From NCBI RefSeq assembly GCF_963921235.1, contig NC_086097.1, forward strand, positions 36,396,001-36,460,000: a stretch of 64,000 nt of DNA, read 5' to 3'. How positions within the stretch are numbered: the first letter of the stretch is position 1; each line of letters starts with the position of its first letter. The DNA is from Mobula hypostoma. Lineage: Eukaryota. This document shows positions 52,691-64,000 of the stretch, one piece after another. Below the pieces are notes generated by a model. It made no database searches, was not told the origin of the DNA, and saw only the letters and a program-made list of their open reading frames with translations. The translations under genes and the position numbers were made by a program.

Positions 52691-53689
52691 GGGGGGGAGG
52701 GAAAGATGTGCTTAGTGGTGGGATCCCGTTGGAGGTGGCGGAAGTTACGGAGAATAATATGTTGGACCCGGAGGCTGGTGGGGTGGCAGGTGAGGACCAG
52801 AGGAACCCTATTCCTAGTGGGGTGGCGGGATGGCCTGCTGCGTTCACCAGCAACTTTGATGTATGCAGCTTAGTGACGTGTTGTCTTGACATCAACATTT
52901 CCATCAATGTCGACAGAACAGAAGAACTGGTCACTCAGAGAGAGGTGGGACACGTGCGCCTGCCTGCATCAGGGTTACTGAGGTTGAGAGTTGAGAGCTT
53001 TAAGCATAACCTGTCTTGATCCAACCTCATTGACGCCACAGTCAAGAAAGCTCACCAATGCCTCCATTTTCTCAGGAGGCCAAAGAAATTTGGCATATCC
53101 CCATTCACTTTTACTAATATTTATCAATACACCATAGAAAGCATCCAATCTGAAAGCATAACAGCTTAGTATGGCAACTGCTCTGCCTGTGACCACAAGA
53201 AACTGCTGAGCTGTAGACAAAGTTCAGCACATCACGGGAACCAGCCACCCTCTATGGACTCTGTCTATACTTCTCACTACCTCAGTAAAGCAACCACCTT
53301 AATCGATGACTCAACCCACCCTCGACAGCCTCTCCTCTCACCCCTCCCATCGGGCAGAAGAAACAAAAGTCTGAAGGCACATGTCACAGGTCAAGCACGG
53401 CTTCTACTCTGCAGTTAGAAGACTATTAAACGGTTCCCTAGAATAAGATTTACTCTTGACCTCACCATCTACCTCGTTATGATCTTGCTGTCTACCTGCA
53501 CTTTCTCTGTAGCTGTTACACTTCATTTTTCTCTGTCCTTGCACCACCTCAATGCACTGTGTAATGAATTGACCCATATGAACTTTTCAGTATCCCACTG
53601 TAGTTGACAATAATACATCAATTCCAAAGCTGTGATTAATACTTGCTCTTAATATCCAATAATAAAAGTTGCTGGTATGGGACAGATTA

Positions 53690-53962
53690 TAGGCAGCGAG
53701 AAAAAGACCGAAAAAAAATAAACAAAAAGAGAGATGTAGGCAAAAATAGAGAAGGAAAAGCCAAAGAAAAAATAAGACCAAAAAAAGAGAAGTGAAAAAG
53801 TTGAAGTAAGAGAAAGAAACATGAGAAAGAACAAAAGAACAAATAAAAGAACTGCAAAGAAAAAGTAAAATTCTAAAAAATGCAAGAACAAAATGAGAAT
53901 CAAAATGAGTAAAAAGAAAAAGACTGAGTGAAAAAACAAGCAAAAAGATGAAACAGAAAAAG
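53690..53962 (+). repeat. A/G-rich low-complexity tract
   Basis: Runs of A interspersed mostly with G; source of the spurious Phe-rich minus-strand ORFs. Confidence 0.85.
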
Positions 53963-55739
53963 TGGGTGAAAAGCAGTGATATTGAAAGCCTTGATGTGGA
54001 TCCTATTCAAGCTTTGACTTAATACTTCTCTCAGCAGCTTGCAAAGCTGACCAAAATGAAGACTAATGAAGATTGGCAAGACTTACCTGTCTACTGCAAA
54101 ATCTCCATTACTCACTTTGTCCCTACTGTTACAAGGCTTACGTAGTTGTATTCTGGTTTATTTTTTTTACACTGTACCCAACTGCACCCTGGGGGTGAGA
54201 AGGGGCAGCTTGTGGTCCTCAAATAGTCATAGTCATACTTTATTGATCCTGGGGGAAATTGGTTTTAATTACAGTTGCACCATAAATAATTAAATAGTAA
54301 TAAAACCATAAATAGTTAAATAGTAATATGTAAATTATGCCAGGAAATAAGTCCAGGACCAGCCTATTTGCTCAGGGTGTCTGACCCTCCAAGGGAGGAG
54401 TTGTAAAGTTTGATGGTCACAGGCAGGAATGACTTCCTATGACGCTCTGTGTTGCATCTCAGTGGAATGAGTCTCCAGGTTCTGATCAAAGATCAAATCC
54501 AGGTTCTGATCAAAACGGTAACATTGTGGTATGACATGAGATTTCCAATGGCCTCTGTCAATGTACAGACTGTAAGGACTGAATAGGGGTTACTGAAATT
54601 TAATCATGTCTATTCTGGACATGACCGACCTCTCAAAGTGCTTCATCACAGTAGAAGTGAGTGCCACTGGGTGATAGTCACTGAGGCAGTTCACCCTGGC
54701 CTTCTTGGGCACTGGTAGGACTGGCACCCTTTTGAAGCAGCTGGAAACCTCTGACTGTATCAGTGAGAGAATGAAGATGTCCTTGAATACTTTCATTAGC
54801 GTGGACAATGAATTGGCTAACCAACAGAAAGCAGCAAGGTTAAAAGGGACACTTTCAATTGGCATGTGTAACCAGGGATGACTGCTGGAACAGAGGCTGT
54901 TTACGATATTTATTAATGTTTCAAAGGAAGGAAACCAATATTGTGGAGCCTATTTTGAGGTTTCTTATTCAGCTCTGACCTTGTACTTGGCCATGATGTA
55001 GAAACAGCTAATGAATTTTTATGGCAGTGAGCTGTTGCTTTAGAGATGCAGACTAGCAGATCACAATGTACTGTAGTTAGAGAGCTCTCTTGCAGTTCTT
55101 AGTCACCCGGGTTGAAACAAATGCTAGATTGCAAAGTCATTCTGACAATCTAAACCTGAGGGGAAAATCAAAAGCCTGGGAATTTGAAAGTGACTGTTGG
55201 AGGGGAAAACCAACCCCTCTAACAGTGTTTGCTATATTTTTTAGCAGACAGGAAATTTGTGACAATGAACATTGCGATGAATTTAATTTTGTAGGAAAGG
55301 ACAAGTGAAATTCTGTAAGTAAATACACAAAGTTAATTTGAACCCGCAGGGGAAGAAAGTTCCAACTGTCTACTTTACTAATGTTATGGAGTCAAGACTC
55401 TTCATTGAAGTCTTTGCAGAACAACCCTTCTCTTCTTAGGCCTATTGTAGCATGGCCGCCAACAGCAACTTGGCTGAATCCAGTGTCCTGAGCTGAAGGT
55501 TGTTCTGCCCTGTAGTTTCTGCTTTCACAGTGCACATTTATGTGTCTTCTAGATGAAGATTCTTCCTCTCCCAGGGATGAAGTCTTTGGAGCTTCTGTTG
55601 ACCTTCCTGTAGCTCTGGGTTTTTAAAAACAGGATGGGTTTGCTAGCCTCATGCTCAACCTCTTCCTTCAGAAGGTAGGCTTGGGATCGTCCATGTTGGA
55701 GTTAGAACTGCCCTTCGGCTGTTATAAATATTCCAATCT

Positions 55740-56261
55740 CAGACATCCCACCCTGCAAAAACTGATTTAAGGGAAGTAGCACCAACAATTTGTGGGAGAC
55801 TTCCGGGAGAGGTGGGATGCCTGCGATAGAGTAGCTCCCTAGAAGCCAGCCAGCTAGTTTAAATAACGTTAGCTATGCTAATGAATGAATGACACCTGTT
55901 AAACTCACCTCAACATGTCTTTTACAGTCATTTGGGCAATAGAAGTGTCACTGTTGCAAACAGTGCAGCGAGCAACACTGTCATTATTTTTGACCCCTAT
56001 TAGGCAGGGGTACACTTTAGTGTAGTCTGGGGTGACGTACGTTTTATATTTTCTTTTTTTTCTGGAACACTCTGCCACAGCGCGCTCTCGCTCTCTCATG
56101 CTCTCGCTTTCTTGCTCTCTCACACTCTCGTTTCCTTTCCCTCGCTCGCTCACTCTAAAAAAAATTGATTTCCGGGATATTGCATATAATTTGCAGGCAT
56201 CAGGGAGCCACTATTCATATGCGGGAGACTCCCGGAACTTCCGGGAGAGGTGGGATGTCTG
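55740..56261 (-). mobile_element. Non-autonomous DNA transposon with 13-bp TIR, 6-bp TSD and transposase zinc-finger remnant
   Basis: TIR cagacatcccacc / ggtgggatgtctg; TSD caatct (55734-55739, 56262-56267); ORF 55905-56153 KRKYKT...YPCL...ARCTVCNSD.SIA. Confidence 0.85.
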
Positions 56262-58004
56262 CAATCTTCCCTAGACCCTCCAAGTTGTTCCGGAGCCTAA
56301 TCCTTTTCAAAGTGAGGATGGCCTTAAATTGCCATGGTAACACAGCTGTGCCTGGCTTCTGCTGTACCAGAAGCTTTGCACAAGTTAAATTACCCCCCTC
56401 CAGTTAATTTCTTCATAATTAATATTTACCAGAATACTTTGTTTTATAACAATGTAAGGATACAGTTAACATAAAGAACATACATCTGTTGAGAATTATA
56501 GCCGAGTCAGAAGTTAACGGTTTCCACAGACTATAAACCTAATTCTTTCAGAAGTCTAAAAATAATCCTTTTTTTTTGTGATTTAGGGGATGGAGACTTC
56601 GCAGTAACCCAGCCAAGGATGGGTCTGTCGTTTTTAATGGAACATTCATATCATTCTCTTCAAAAGTCATCAACCACTTCCTAGCAGTTAACTGGACTGA
56701 ACTTTGCTTTTCCAAATAGGATGCCTGTAAGTCACATGTCAATTCCAAGTTGTGGGAGGAAATGAAAAGAGTCTGCAGGATGCAGATTGTTGCCAAGTCT
56801 GAACTTAACTGGTCTTTTAAGCAAATGATCACCATCAAGTGATGGTGGTGAAATGTTGATGGTGCAATTGATTAATAATATGAATATACAAACATCAATT
56901 CTACAAAAAAATTAATTTACTGCAAAAGATCTATGTTGTATTCCAAGAATTGCTTGCTAAAATTTTTAAAATCCTGACCCCAAATCTCCCACGTTCATGA
57001 ACTAAGATGTTTGCCAGGAGTCAGGCTCCCAGAGGTGGGATGTCAAATAATTTTAATGAAGTTGATTCCTTCTAACTTAGTGAGCTTTATAATCAGTGAC
57101 TGGGTTTCTCAGGCCTCAAAATATCAGCAGAGCCAAGGACATCTTCAGACAGAAGGTTAATGGCATTAGAGTGCTGCTTGTGCCCCAGACAGATCAGGCA
57201 TCCTTCCCCAGCTTCCGATCTCCCTACAATCTCAACTGTTTAAAATTGCACAGCGAACAAAGTGACCAATAGCGATGTCATACAGACAGCTCATGAAACT
57301 ACTCTTACTTCTTCTTCCAAATATGATTCTACTACCAAGCTGTGTGCAGTTGGATCCTGTGATTTGCATTTTGATGGTGTGTTTTTGTATCGATTGAACA
57401 ATCTGGCGCAATGCTCTCTCTGAGGGGGCTCCGCGAGGTTGGGAGTGGAGTGTGCAGCCTGGTGGCTTGGAAGCGAGGTGAGAGCCCGTGATGAGCAGAG
57501 TGGAGGCAGCCTGTCCGTGTTTGACCAGTCCTCCTCTCCCTCTCGCTGGCTGCTGTTGGAGGAAGGCGCAGGAGTCTTGTGTCCATGTTGCAAGGATTGA
57601 TCGGTGAGGCTCATGGCTGTGGACTTTTTTTTGGGGAATTTGAGGTTCATGCTGCATGTTTATCTGATTCTTGTTACTCTTTTTTGCTGTTTTGGGTGCT
57701 GTTTGATTGGGGCAATTGATGCAGGCTGAGGCACTTCGGCGAGGAATGTCTCTGCGGCCGGCAGTCGTCCACTGGCACGAGGCTGAACTGAACTAAACTG
57801 AATACCCCGCGTTCCTGGTTAGATGTTTGACATTCTGTGTGTTGTTCACTCGCTTTTTGCTGTTTGCTCTTTTTTTGTGCATTCAGTGATGTTTCTTTAG
57901 AACAGGCTCCATGGTGTTTCATGGCTTCCTGAGGGAGGACAGAGCTCAGAGTGTACTCTGTATACAAACTGATAATAAATGTACTTTAAATCTCAATCCA
58001 CCAA

Positions 58005-58710
58005 CTCATAAAACATTGAACAGTACAGCACTCCACAGGCCTGTTAGCCCACAATATTATACTGATCTTGATGTCAATTTATACCAAATGTCCTCCTCCT
58101 CCTGTGTATAATCCATTTCCCTCCATTTTCATGTGTATTTCCAGAAAACCCTTAAACTCCACCAGACTGCCTGCTTCCACTATTACACTTGGTAATCCAT
58201 TCCAGGCACCTACCCCTCTATGTAAATAAACAACTTGCCCCTCGTTTCACCTTTAAACTTCTCCTCTAACATTAGAAGCATGTCCTCTGATGTTTGACAT
58301 TTCTACCCTGAGGAAAAGATTCTGACTGTGTACCTTGTCAATGCCTCTCATAGCTTTAACATTTTCTGCCTCATCTCAGCCTTCAATGCTCTGAGAAGAA
58401 CAATCTACGTTTGTCCAACCTTTTCTTATCACTCACACCCACCATTCCGGGCAGCATCCTGGCAGAACTTTTCTGCACCTTCACCAGTCTTCCAATAATG
58501 GGTGTGACCAGAACGGCAAGCAATTCTCCAAGTGTGGCTTGAGTAAAGTTTTATATACCAGCAGCACACCTTCCATATTTTTATACCCAAAACCTCTACC
58601 AAAGATTCCGTACCAGCCTCTTATACCACCACATCCACCTGTGAAGCCAGTGCCGGGAATTATGACCCTGGACCCAAAGATTCTGATCACTTGGCTGTCT
58701 TCCTTTTACC
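58005..58710 (-). mobile_element. Decayed CR1 3' fragment
   Basis: YKTLLKPHLENCLPFWS. Confidence 0.65.
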
Positions 58711-58799
58711 TGCATACATGCAGAGGCTAGAAAAAAATAAGGCTCCAGAGATAAGGACAACAAAGAGGTGGTCGTGGGAGGGAGAGGAGAAGCTATGGG

Positions 58800-59960
58800 A
58801 TTGCTTTGATTTGGTGGAATGGGCACTGTTCAGGAATCAGAGGATTTGAACCAATTCACCACAGCTGTCACCAACTTTACAAAAATAACAACCAGTTCGA
58901 GATAAATGTTTCCCCACAAAATCATTCAAAACCTTCCCCAGCCAGAAGCCATGGATGAACCATGAGATCCATCATCTGCTGAGGGCCATTTTAGTGGCGG
59001 TTCGATCTGGTGATCAAGTACATAGAAGAGATCTAGGTATGATCTCTGGAAAACCATCTTATGTTTGTATTGAAGATGAATCACTGAAGAATGCTCATCA
59101 GCTGTGGCAGGACTTGAGTCCTATCAGTCCAACAAAGGGAAACCAGGCCACATAGGTGACAACAAGGCTTTGCTCCCATATGAATGCAATGCCTTTTTCA
59201 CTGTCAAAACATGGAGGCACCTTCATGAACTCCCACAGCCCCCAATGACCCTGTGATTTCAGTCTGAGGCTGACATGAGAGCATCCTTTATGAGGGTGAA
59301 CCCACAGAGACATCCGGCCCAGATAGCTACCTGGCTGAGTACTAAAACCCAGTGCTGATCAACTGGCTGGAGAACTCACCGATACCTTTAAACTCTTGCT
59401 TTGGCAATCTGATGTACCCACCTGCTTCAAGCAGCTTTCAATTATATTGGTGTCCAAGAAGAACGTGGTAACCTGCCTCATTGTCTATTGTCCAGTAGCA
59501 CTTACATTCACTCTGATGAAGTACTTTGAGAGATTGGTATTAAAGCACATCAACTCCAGCCTGAGGAACAATTTGGATCCATTCCAATTTGTCTACCATC
59601 ACAACAGGTCAAGAGCAGATGACATTTCATTGGCTCTTCATTCACCCTGGAACATCTGGAGGGGGAAGATGTATATATCAGGATCTCTTTATTGACTGCA
59701 GCTAGGCATTAATTACCATCATGCCCTCAAAAATAATCAATAATTAATAAGCTTCAAGGCCTTGGCCTCAATACCTCCTTGTGCAACTGGATTTTCAATT
59801 TCCTCACTTGAAAACCCCAGTCAGTACAGGACTGGCAACATCTCCTCCAATCTCCATCAGCACAGAAGCACCACAAGGGTGTGTGCATAGTCCCCAGCTC
59901 TACTCACTTTACACTTATGACTGAGGCTACACAAAACTCCAATGCCATATTTAAATTTGC
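58800..59960 (+). mobile_element. Rex1/Babar fragment
   Basis: PWMN..., YCPVALT.TLMKYFERLV...LDPFQF. Confidence 0.75.
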
Positions 59961-59967
59961 ACTATGA

Positions 59968-60552
59968 CAGGGGTCCCCAACCTTTTTTTGCACCGCAGAC
60001 CGGTTTAATGTTGACAATATTCTTGCGGACCGGCCGACCTGTGGAGGTGGGGTTGTTCAAGTAGGGTTAAACTCACCTCAACATGTCTTTTACAGTTAGG
60101 GTTGCCAACTTTCTCACTCCCAAATAAGGGACAAAATTAGCAGTCAAATCCCGGGACACTTGTGTTTACCCCAGGAAAGGCTACCATGACTATGAAGCCT
60201 TGCACGGGCGCCTGTATGCACATGTGTGATGTGTGCATATGTAACGTGTGGATGTGCATACCTGCCGATTTTTTCCCACAAATCGGTTTTGGCTTAATCT
60301 TCCTGACTATACTGTACATACATTATTTGTACTTTATATAGGCTGCATATTTATCATATCATTCCTGCTTTTACTATATGTTAGTGTTATTTTCAGTTTT
60401 ATGTGTTATTTGGTATGATTTGGTAGGTTAGTTTTTGGGTCTGGGAACGCTCAAAAATTTTTCCCATCTAAATTAATGGTAATTGCTTCTTTGCTTTACG
60501 TCATTTCGGCATGAACGGTTTCATAGGAACGCTCTACCTTAGCGGGGGAAAT
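59968..60552 (+). mobile_element. hAT (Charlie-like) non-autonomous element left part, interrupted by CR1
   Basis: Starts caggggtccccaacctttt; contains an internal tagggttgcca terminus-like motif and a 31-bp segment shared with 55898-55928. Confidence 0.65.
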
Positions 60553-60633
60553 ACATAGAACATAGAATAGTAGAGCACAGTACAGGCCCTCCAGCCCACA
60601 ATGTTGTGCCAACCCTCAAACCTTGCCTCCCAT

Positions 60634-63393
60634 CTAAGCCCCCACCTTAAATTCCTCCATATACCTGTCTAGTAGTCTCTTAAACTTCACTAGTGTATCT
60701 GCCTCCACCACTGACTCAGGCAGTGCATTCCATGCACCAACCAATCTCTGAGTAAAAAACCTTTCTCTAATATCCCCCTTGAACTTCCCACCCCTTACCT
60801 TAAAACCATGTCCTCTTGTATTGAGCAGTGGTGCCCTGGGGAAGAGGCGCTGGTTATCCACTCTATCTATTCCTCTTATTATCTTGTACACCTCTATCAT
60901 GTCTCCTCTCATCCTCCTTCTCTCCAAAGAGTAAAGCCCTAGCTCCCTTAATCTCTGATCATAATGCATACTTTCTAAACCAGGCAGTATCCTGGTAAAT
61001 ATCCTCTGTATCCTTTCCAATGCTTCCACATCCTTCCTATAGTGAGGTGACCAGAACTGGACACAGTACTTCAAGTGTGGCCTAACCAGAGTTTTATAGA
61101 GCTGCATCATTACATCGCGACTCTTAAACTCTATCCCTCAACTTATGAAAGCTAACACCCCATAAGCTTTCTTAATTACCCTATCCACCTGTGAGGCAAC
61201 TTTCAGGGATCTGTGGACACGTACCCCGACATCCCTCTGCTCCCCCACACTACCAAGTATCCTGACATTTACTTTGTCCTCTGCCTTGGAGTTTGTCCTT
61301 CCGAAGTGTACCACCTCACACTTCTCTGGGTTGAACTCCATCTGCCACTTCTCAGCCCACTCCTGCATCCTATCAATGTCTCTCTGCAATCTTCGACAAT
61401 CCTCTACACTATCCACCACACCACCAACCTTTGAGTCATCTGCAAACTTGCCACCCACCCTTCTACCGCCACATCCAGGTTGTTAATAAAAATCATGAAA
61501 AGTAGAGGTCCCAGAACAGATCCTTGTGGGACACCACTAGTCACAATCCTCCAATCTGAATGTACTCCCTCCACCACGACCCTCTGCCTTCTGCAGGCAA
61601 GCCAATTCTGAATCCACTTGGCCAAACTTCCCTGGATCCCATGCCTTCTAACTTTCTGAATAAGCCTACCATGTGGAACCTTGTCAAATGCCTCACTAAA
61701 ATCCATATAGATTTCATCCACTGCACTACCCTCATCTATATGCCTGGTCACCTCCTCAGAGAACTCTATCAGGCTTGTTAGACACAATCTGTCCTTCACA
61801 AAGCCATGCTGACTGTCCCTGATCAGACCATGATTCCCTAAATGCCTATAGATCCTATCTCTAAGAATCTTTTCCAACAGCTTTCCCACCACAGATGTAA
61901 GGCTCACTGGTCTATAATTACCCGGACTATCCCTACTACCTTTTTTGAACAAGGGGACAACATTCGCCTCCCTCCAATCCTCTGGTACCATTCCCGTGGA
62001 CAACGGGGACATAAAGATCCTAGCCAGAGGCTCAGCAATCTCTTCTCTCGCCTCGTGGAGCAGCCTGGGGAATATTCCATCAGGCCCTGGGGACTTATCT
62101 GTCCTAATGTATTTTAACAACTCCAACACCTCCTCTCCCTTAATATCAACATGCTCCAGAACATCAACCTCACTCATATTGTTCTCACCATCATCAAGTT
62201 CCCTCTCATTGGTGAATACCGAAGAGAAGTATTCATTGAGGACCTCGCTCACTTCCACAGCCTCCAGGCACATCTTCCCACCTTTATCTCTAATCAGTTC
62301 TACCTTCACTCCTGTCATCCTTTTTTTCTTCACATAATTGAAGAATGCCTTGGGGTTTTCCTTTACCCTACTCGCCAAAGCCTTCTCATGCCCCCTTCTT
62401 GCTCTTCTCAGCCCCTTCTTAAGCTCCTTTCTTGCTTCCCTATATTCCTCAATAGACCCATCTGATCCTTGCTTCCTAAACCTCATGTATGCTGCCTTCT
62501 TCCACCTGACTAGATTTTCCACCTCACTTGTCACCCATGGTTCCTTCACCCTACCATTCTTTGTCTTCCTCACCAGGACAAATTTATCCCTAACATCCCA
62601 CAAGAGATCTCTAAACATCGACCACATGTCCATAGTACATTTCCCTGCAAAAACATCATCCCAATTCACACCCGCAAATTATAGCCTTATAATTTGCCTT
62701 TCCCCAATTAAAAATTTTCCTGTCCTCTCTGATTCTATCCTTTTCCATGATAATGCTAAAGGCCAGGGAGCGGTGGTCACTGTCCCCCATATGCTCACCC
62801 ACTGAGAGATCTGTGACCTGACCCAGTTTATTACCTAGTACTAGATCTAGTATGGCATTCCCCCTGGTCGGCCTGTCCACATACTGTGACAGGAATCCGT
62901 CCTGGACACACTTCACAAACTCTGCCCCATCTAAACCCTTGGAACTAATCAGGTGCCAATCAATATTAGGGAAGTTAAAGTCACCCATGATAACAACCCT
63001 GTTATTTTTGCACCTTTCCAAAATCTGCCTCCCAATCTGCTCCTCTGTATCTCTGCTGCTACCAGGGGGCCTATAGAATACCCCCAATAGAGTAACTGCT
63101 CCATTCCTGTTCCTGACTTCCACCCATATTGACTCAAAAGAAGATCCTGCTACATTACCCCCCCTTTCTGTAGCTGTAATAGTATCCCTGACCAGTAATG
63201 CCACCCCTCCTCCCTTTTTCTCGCCCTCTCTATCCCTTTTAAAGCACTGAAATCCAGTAATATTGAGAATCCATTTCTGCCCTGGTGCCAGCCAAGTCTC
63301 TGTAATGGCCACTACATCATAATTCCATGTATGTATCCAAGCTCTCAGTTCATCACCTTTGTTCCTGATGTTCTTGCATTGAGGTACACACAT
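60634..63393 (-). pseudogene. CR1 ORF2 (APE endonuclease and reverse transcriptase) with two frameshifts and a stop
   Basis: VAITETW, GDFNFP, SDH (endonuclease); [25 protein letters not shown] (RT). Confidence 0.93.
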
Positions 63394-63533
63394 TTCAGCC
63401 CTTCTACCTTACTGTCTTTAGAACCGTTTATTCTGCTTCTCTTTCCTCAAAGCCCCTCTGTATGTTAGATCTGACTTTACTCCATGCACTTCTTTCACTG
63501 CTCTATCGCTCTGGGTCCCATCCTCCTCGCAAA

Positions 63534-64000
63534 TTAGTTTAAGCCCTCCCGAACCATGCTAACAAACCTACCTGCAAGGATATTGCTCCCCCTCGAGTTC
63601 AGGTGCAACCCATCCAATCTGTACAGGTCCCACCTTCCCCAGAAGAGATCCCAATGATCTAAAAATCTAAAACCCTGCTCACTGCACCAACTCCTCAGCC
63701 ACGCATTCAACTGCCATCTCCTCCAATTCTTGCCATCACTGTCACGTAGCACTGGCAGCAATCCTGAGAACGCCACCCTTGAGGTCCTGTTCTTCAGCCT
63801 TCTGCCTAGTTCCCGAAACTCACACTTCAGGACCTCATCCCTCTTCCTGCCTATGTTGTTAGTCCCAACATGTATCACGACTTCTGGTTGCTTTCCCTCT
63901 CGTACCAGGATGTCGTGCACCTGGTCAGAGACATCCCAGACCCTGGCACCTGGGAGGCAACAAACCATGCGGGTGTCCTTCTCACGTCCACAAAATCTCC
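63534..64000 (-). CDS. CR1 ORF1 C-terminal SGNH/GDSL esterase-like domain (partial)
   Basis: VCCLPGARV...VIHVGTNNIG...DGLHLN. Confidence 0.85.
   Translation of the reverse strand, partial: RFCGREKDTRMVCCLPGARVWDVSDQVHDILVREGKQPEVVIHVGTNNIGRKRDEVLKCEFRELGRRLKNRTSRVAFSGLLPVLRDSDGKNWRRWQLNAWLRSWCSEQGFRFLDHWDLFWGRWDLYRLDGLHLNSRGSNILAGRFVSMVREGLN

Larger units (their letters stand above)
51764..52866 (-). mobile_element. 5'-truncated Penelope-like retroelement with GIY-YIG endonuclease remnant, terminal repeat and short inverted arm
   Basis: 11-bp TSD agcttagtgac (51753-51763, 52867-52877); inverted arm ~52832-52862 matches ~51808-51840. Confidence 0.9.
49050..53585 (+). mobile_element. Cluster of Rex1/Babar fragments hosting nested PLE and non-autonomous insertions
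   Basis: DYCPVALTSTIMKCFEWLV, LSLNVDRAKEMIVDFRK, LPSGRRY. Confidence 0.75.
60553..64000 (-). mobile_element. Near-full-length CR1 LINE, running off the window end
   Basis: ORF1, EN, RT and C-terminal region in order, then a ttctatg-type repeat tail on the minus strand. Confidence 0.95.

Noticed and set aside
53587..53943. Hydrophobic Phe/Leu-rich ORFs resembling membrane proteins
   Set aside because: Translation artefact of the A-rich low-complexity tract
1..64000. CRISPR arrays, retrons, operons or other prokaryotic systems
   Set aside because: No regularly spaced repeat-spacer array; all RT sequences are eukaryotic LINE or LTR types

Overview
Eukaryotic, transposon-saturated non-coding DNA, most likely an intron or intergenic region of a cartilaginous fish. 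The taxon is inferred from the repeat repertoire: CR1, Rex/Babar, V-SINE, DeuSINE and Penelope. I found no intact host gene, RNA gene or prokaryotic feature, and nearly every ORF in the track is a TE fragment or an antisense shadow. Contents: many CR1 copies, including a near-full-length one at 60.5-64 kb with ORF1 esterase, APE endonuclease and RT; many Rex/Babar fragments; an RTE LINE split by a solo LTR; a decayed Gypsy pol split by a young CR1; a HERO-type restriction-like-endonuclease retroelement; a full-length hAT transposon; Tc1 and hAT MITEs; and several SINEs. The most notable signal is a Penelope-like element (PLE) family with a GIY-YIG remnant at about 52.2-52.7 kb. Its terminal repeat carries a minimal hammerhead ribozyme with a loop-less palindromic stem III, present in several copies. 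Many copies are short fold-back insertions with 10-14 bp target-site duplications (TSDs). Also notable are an exact 55-bp templated insertion copied from 2 kb away into a CR1 deletion junction, a DNA transposon with a 6-bp TSD, and an unexplained diverged direct repeat of about 215 bp. Family assignments come from motif recognition, not database searches, and boundaries of decayed repeats are approximate.
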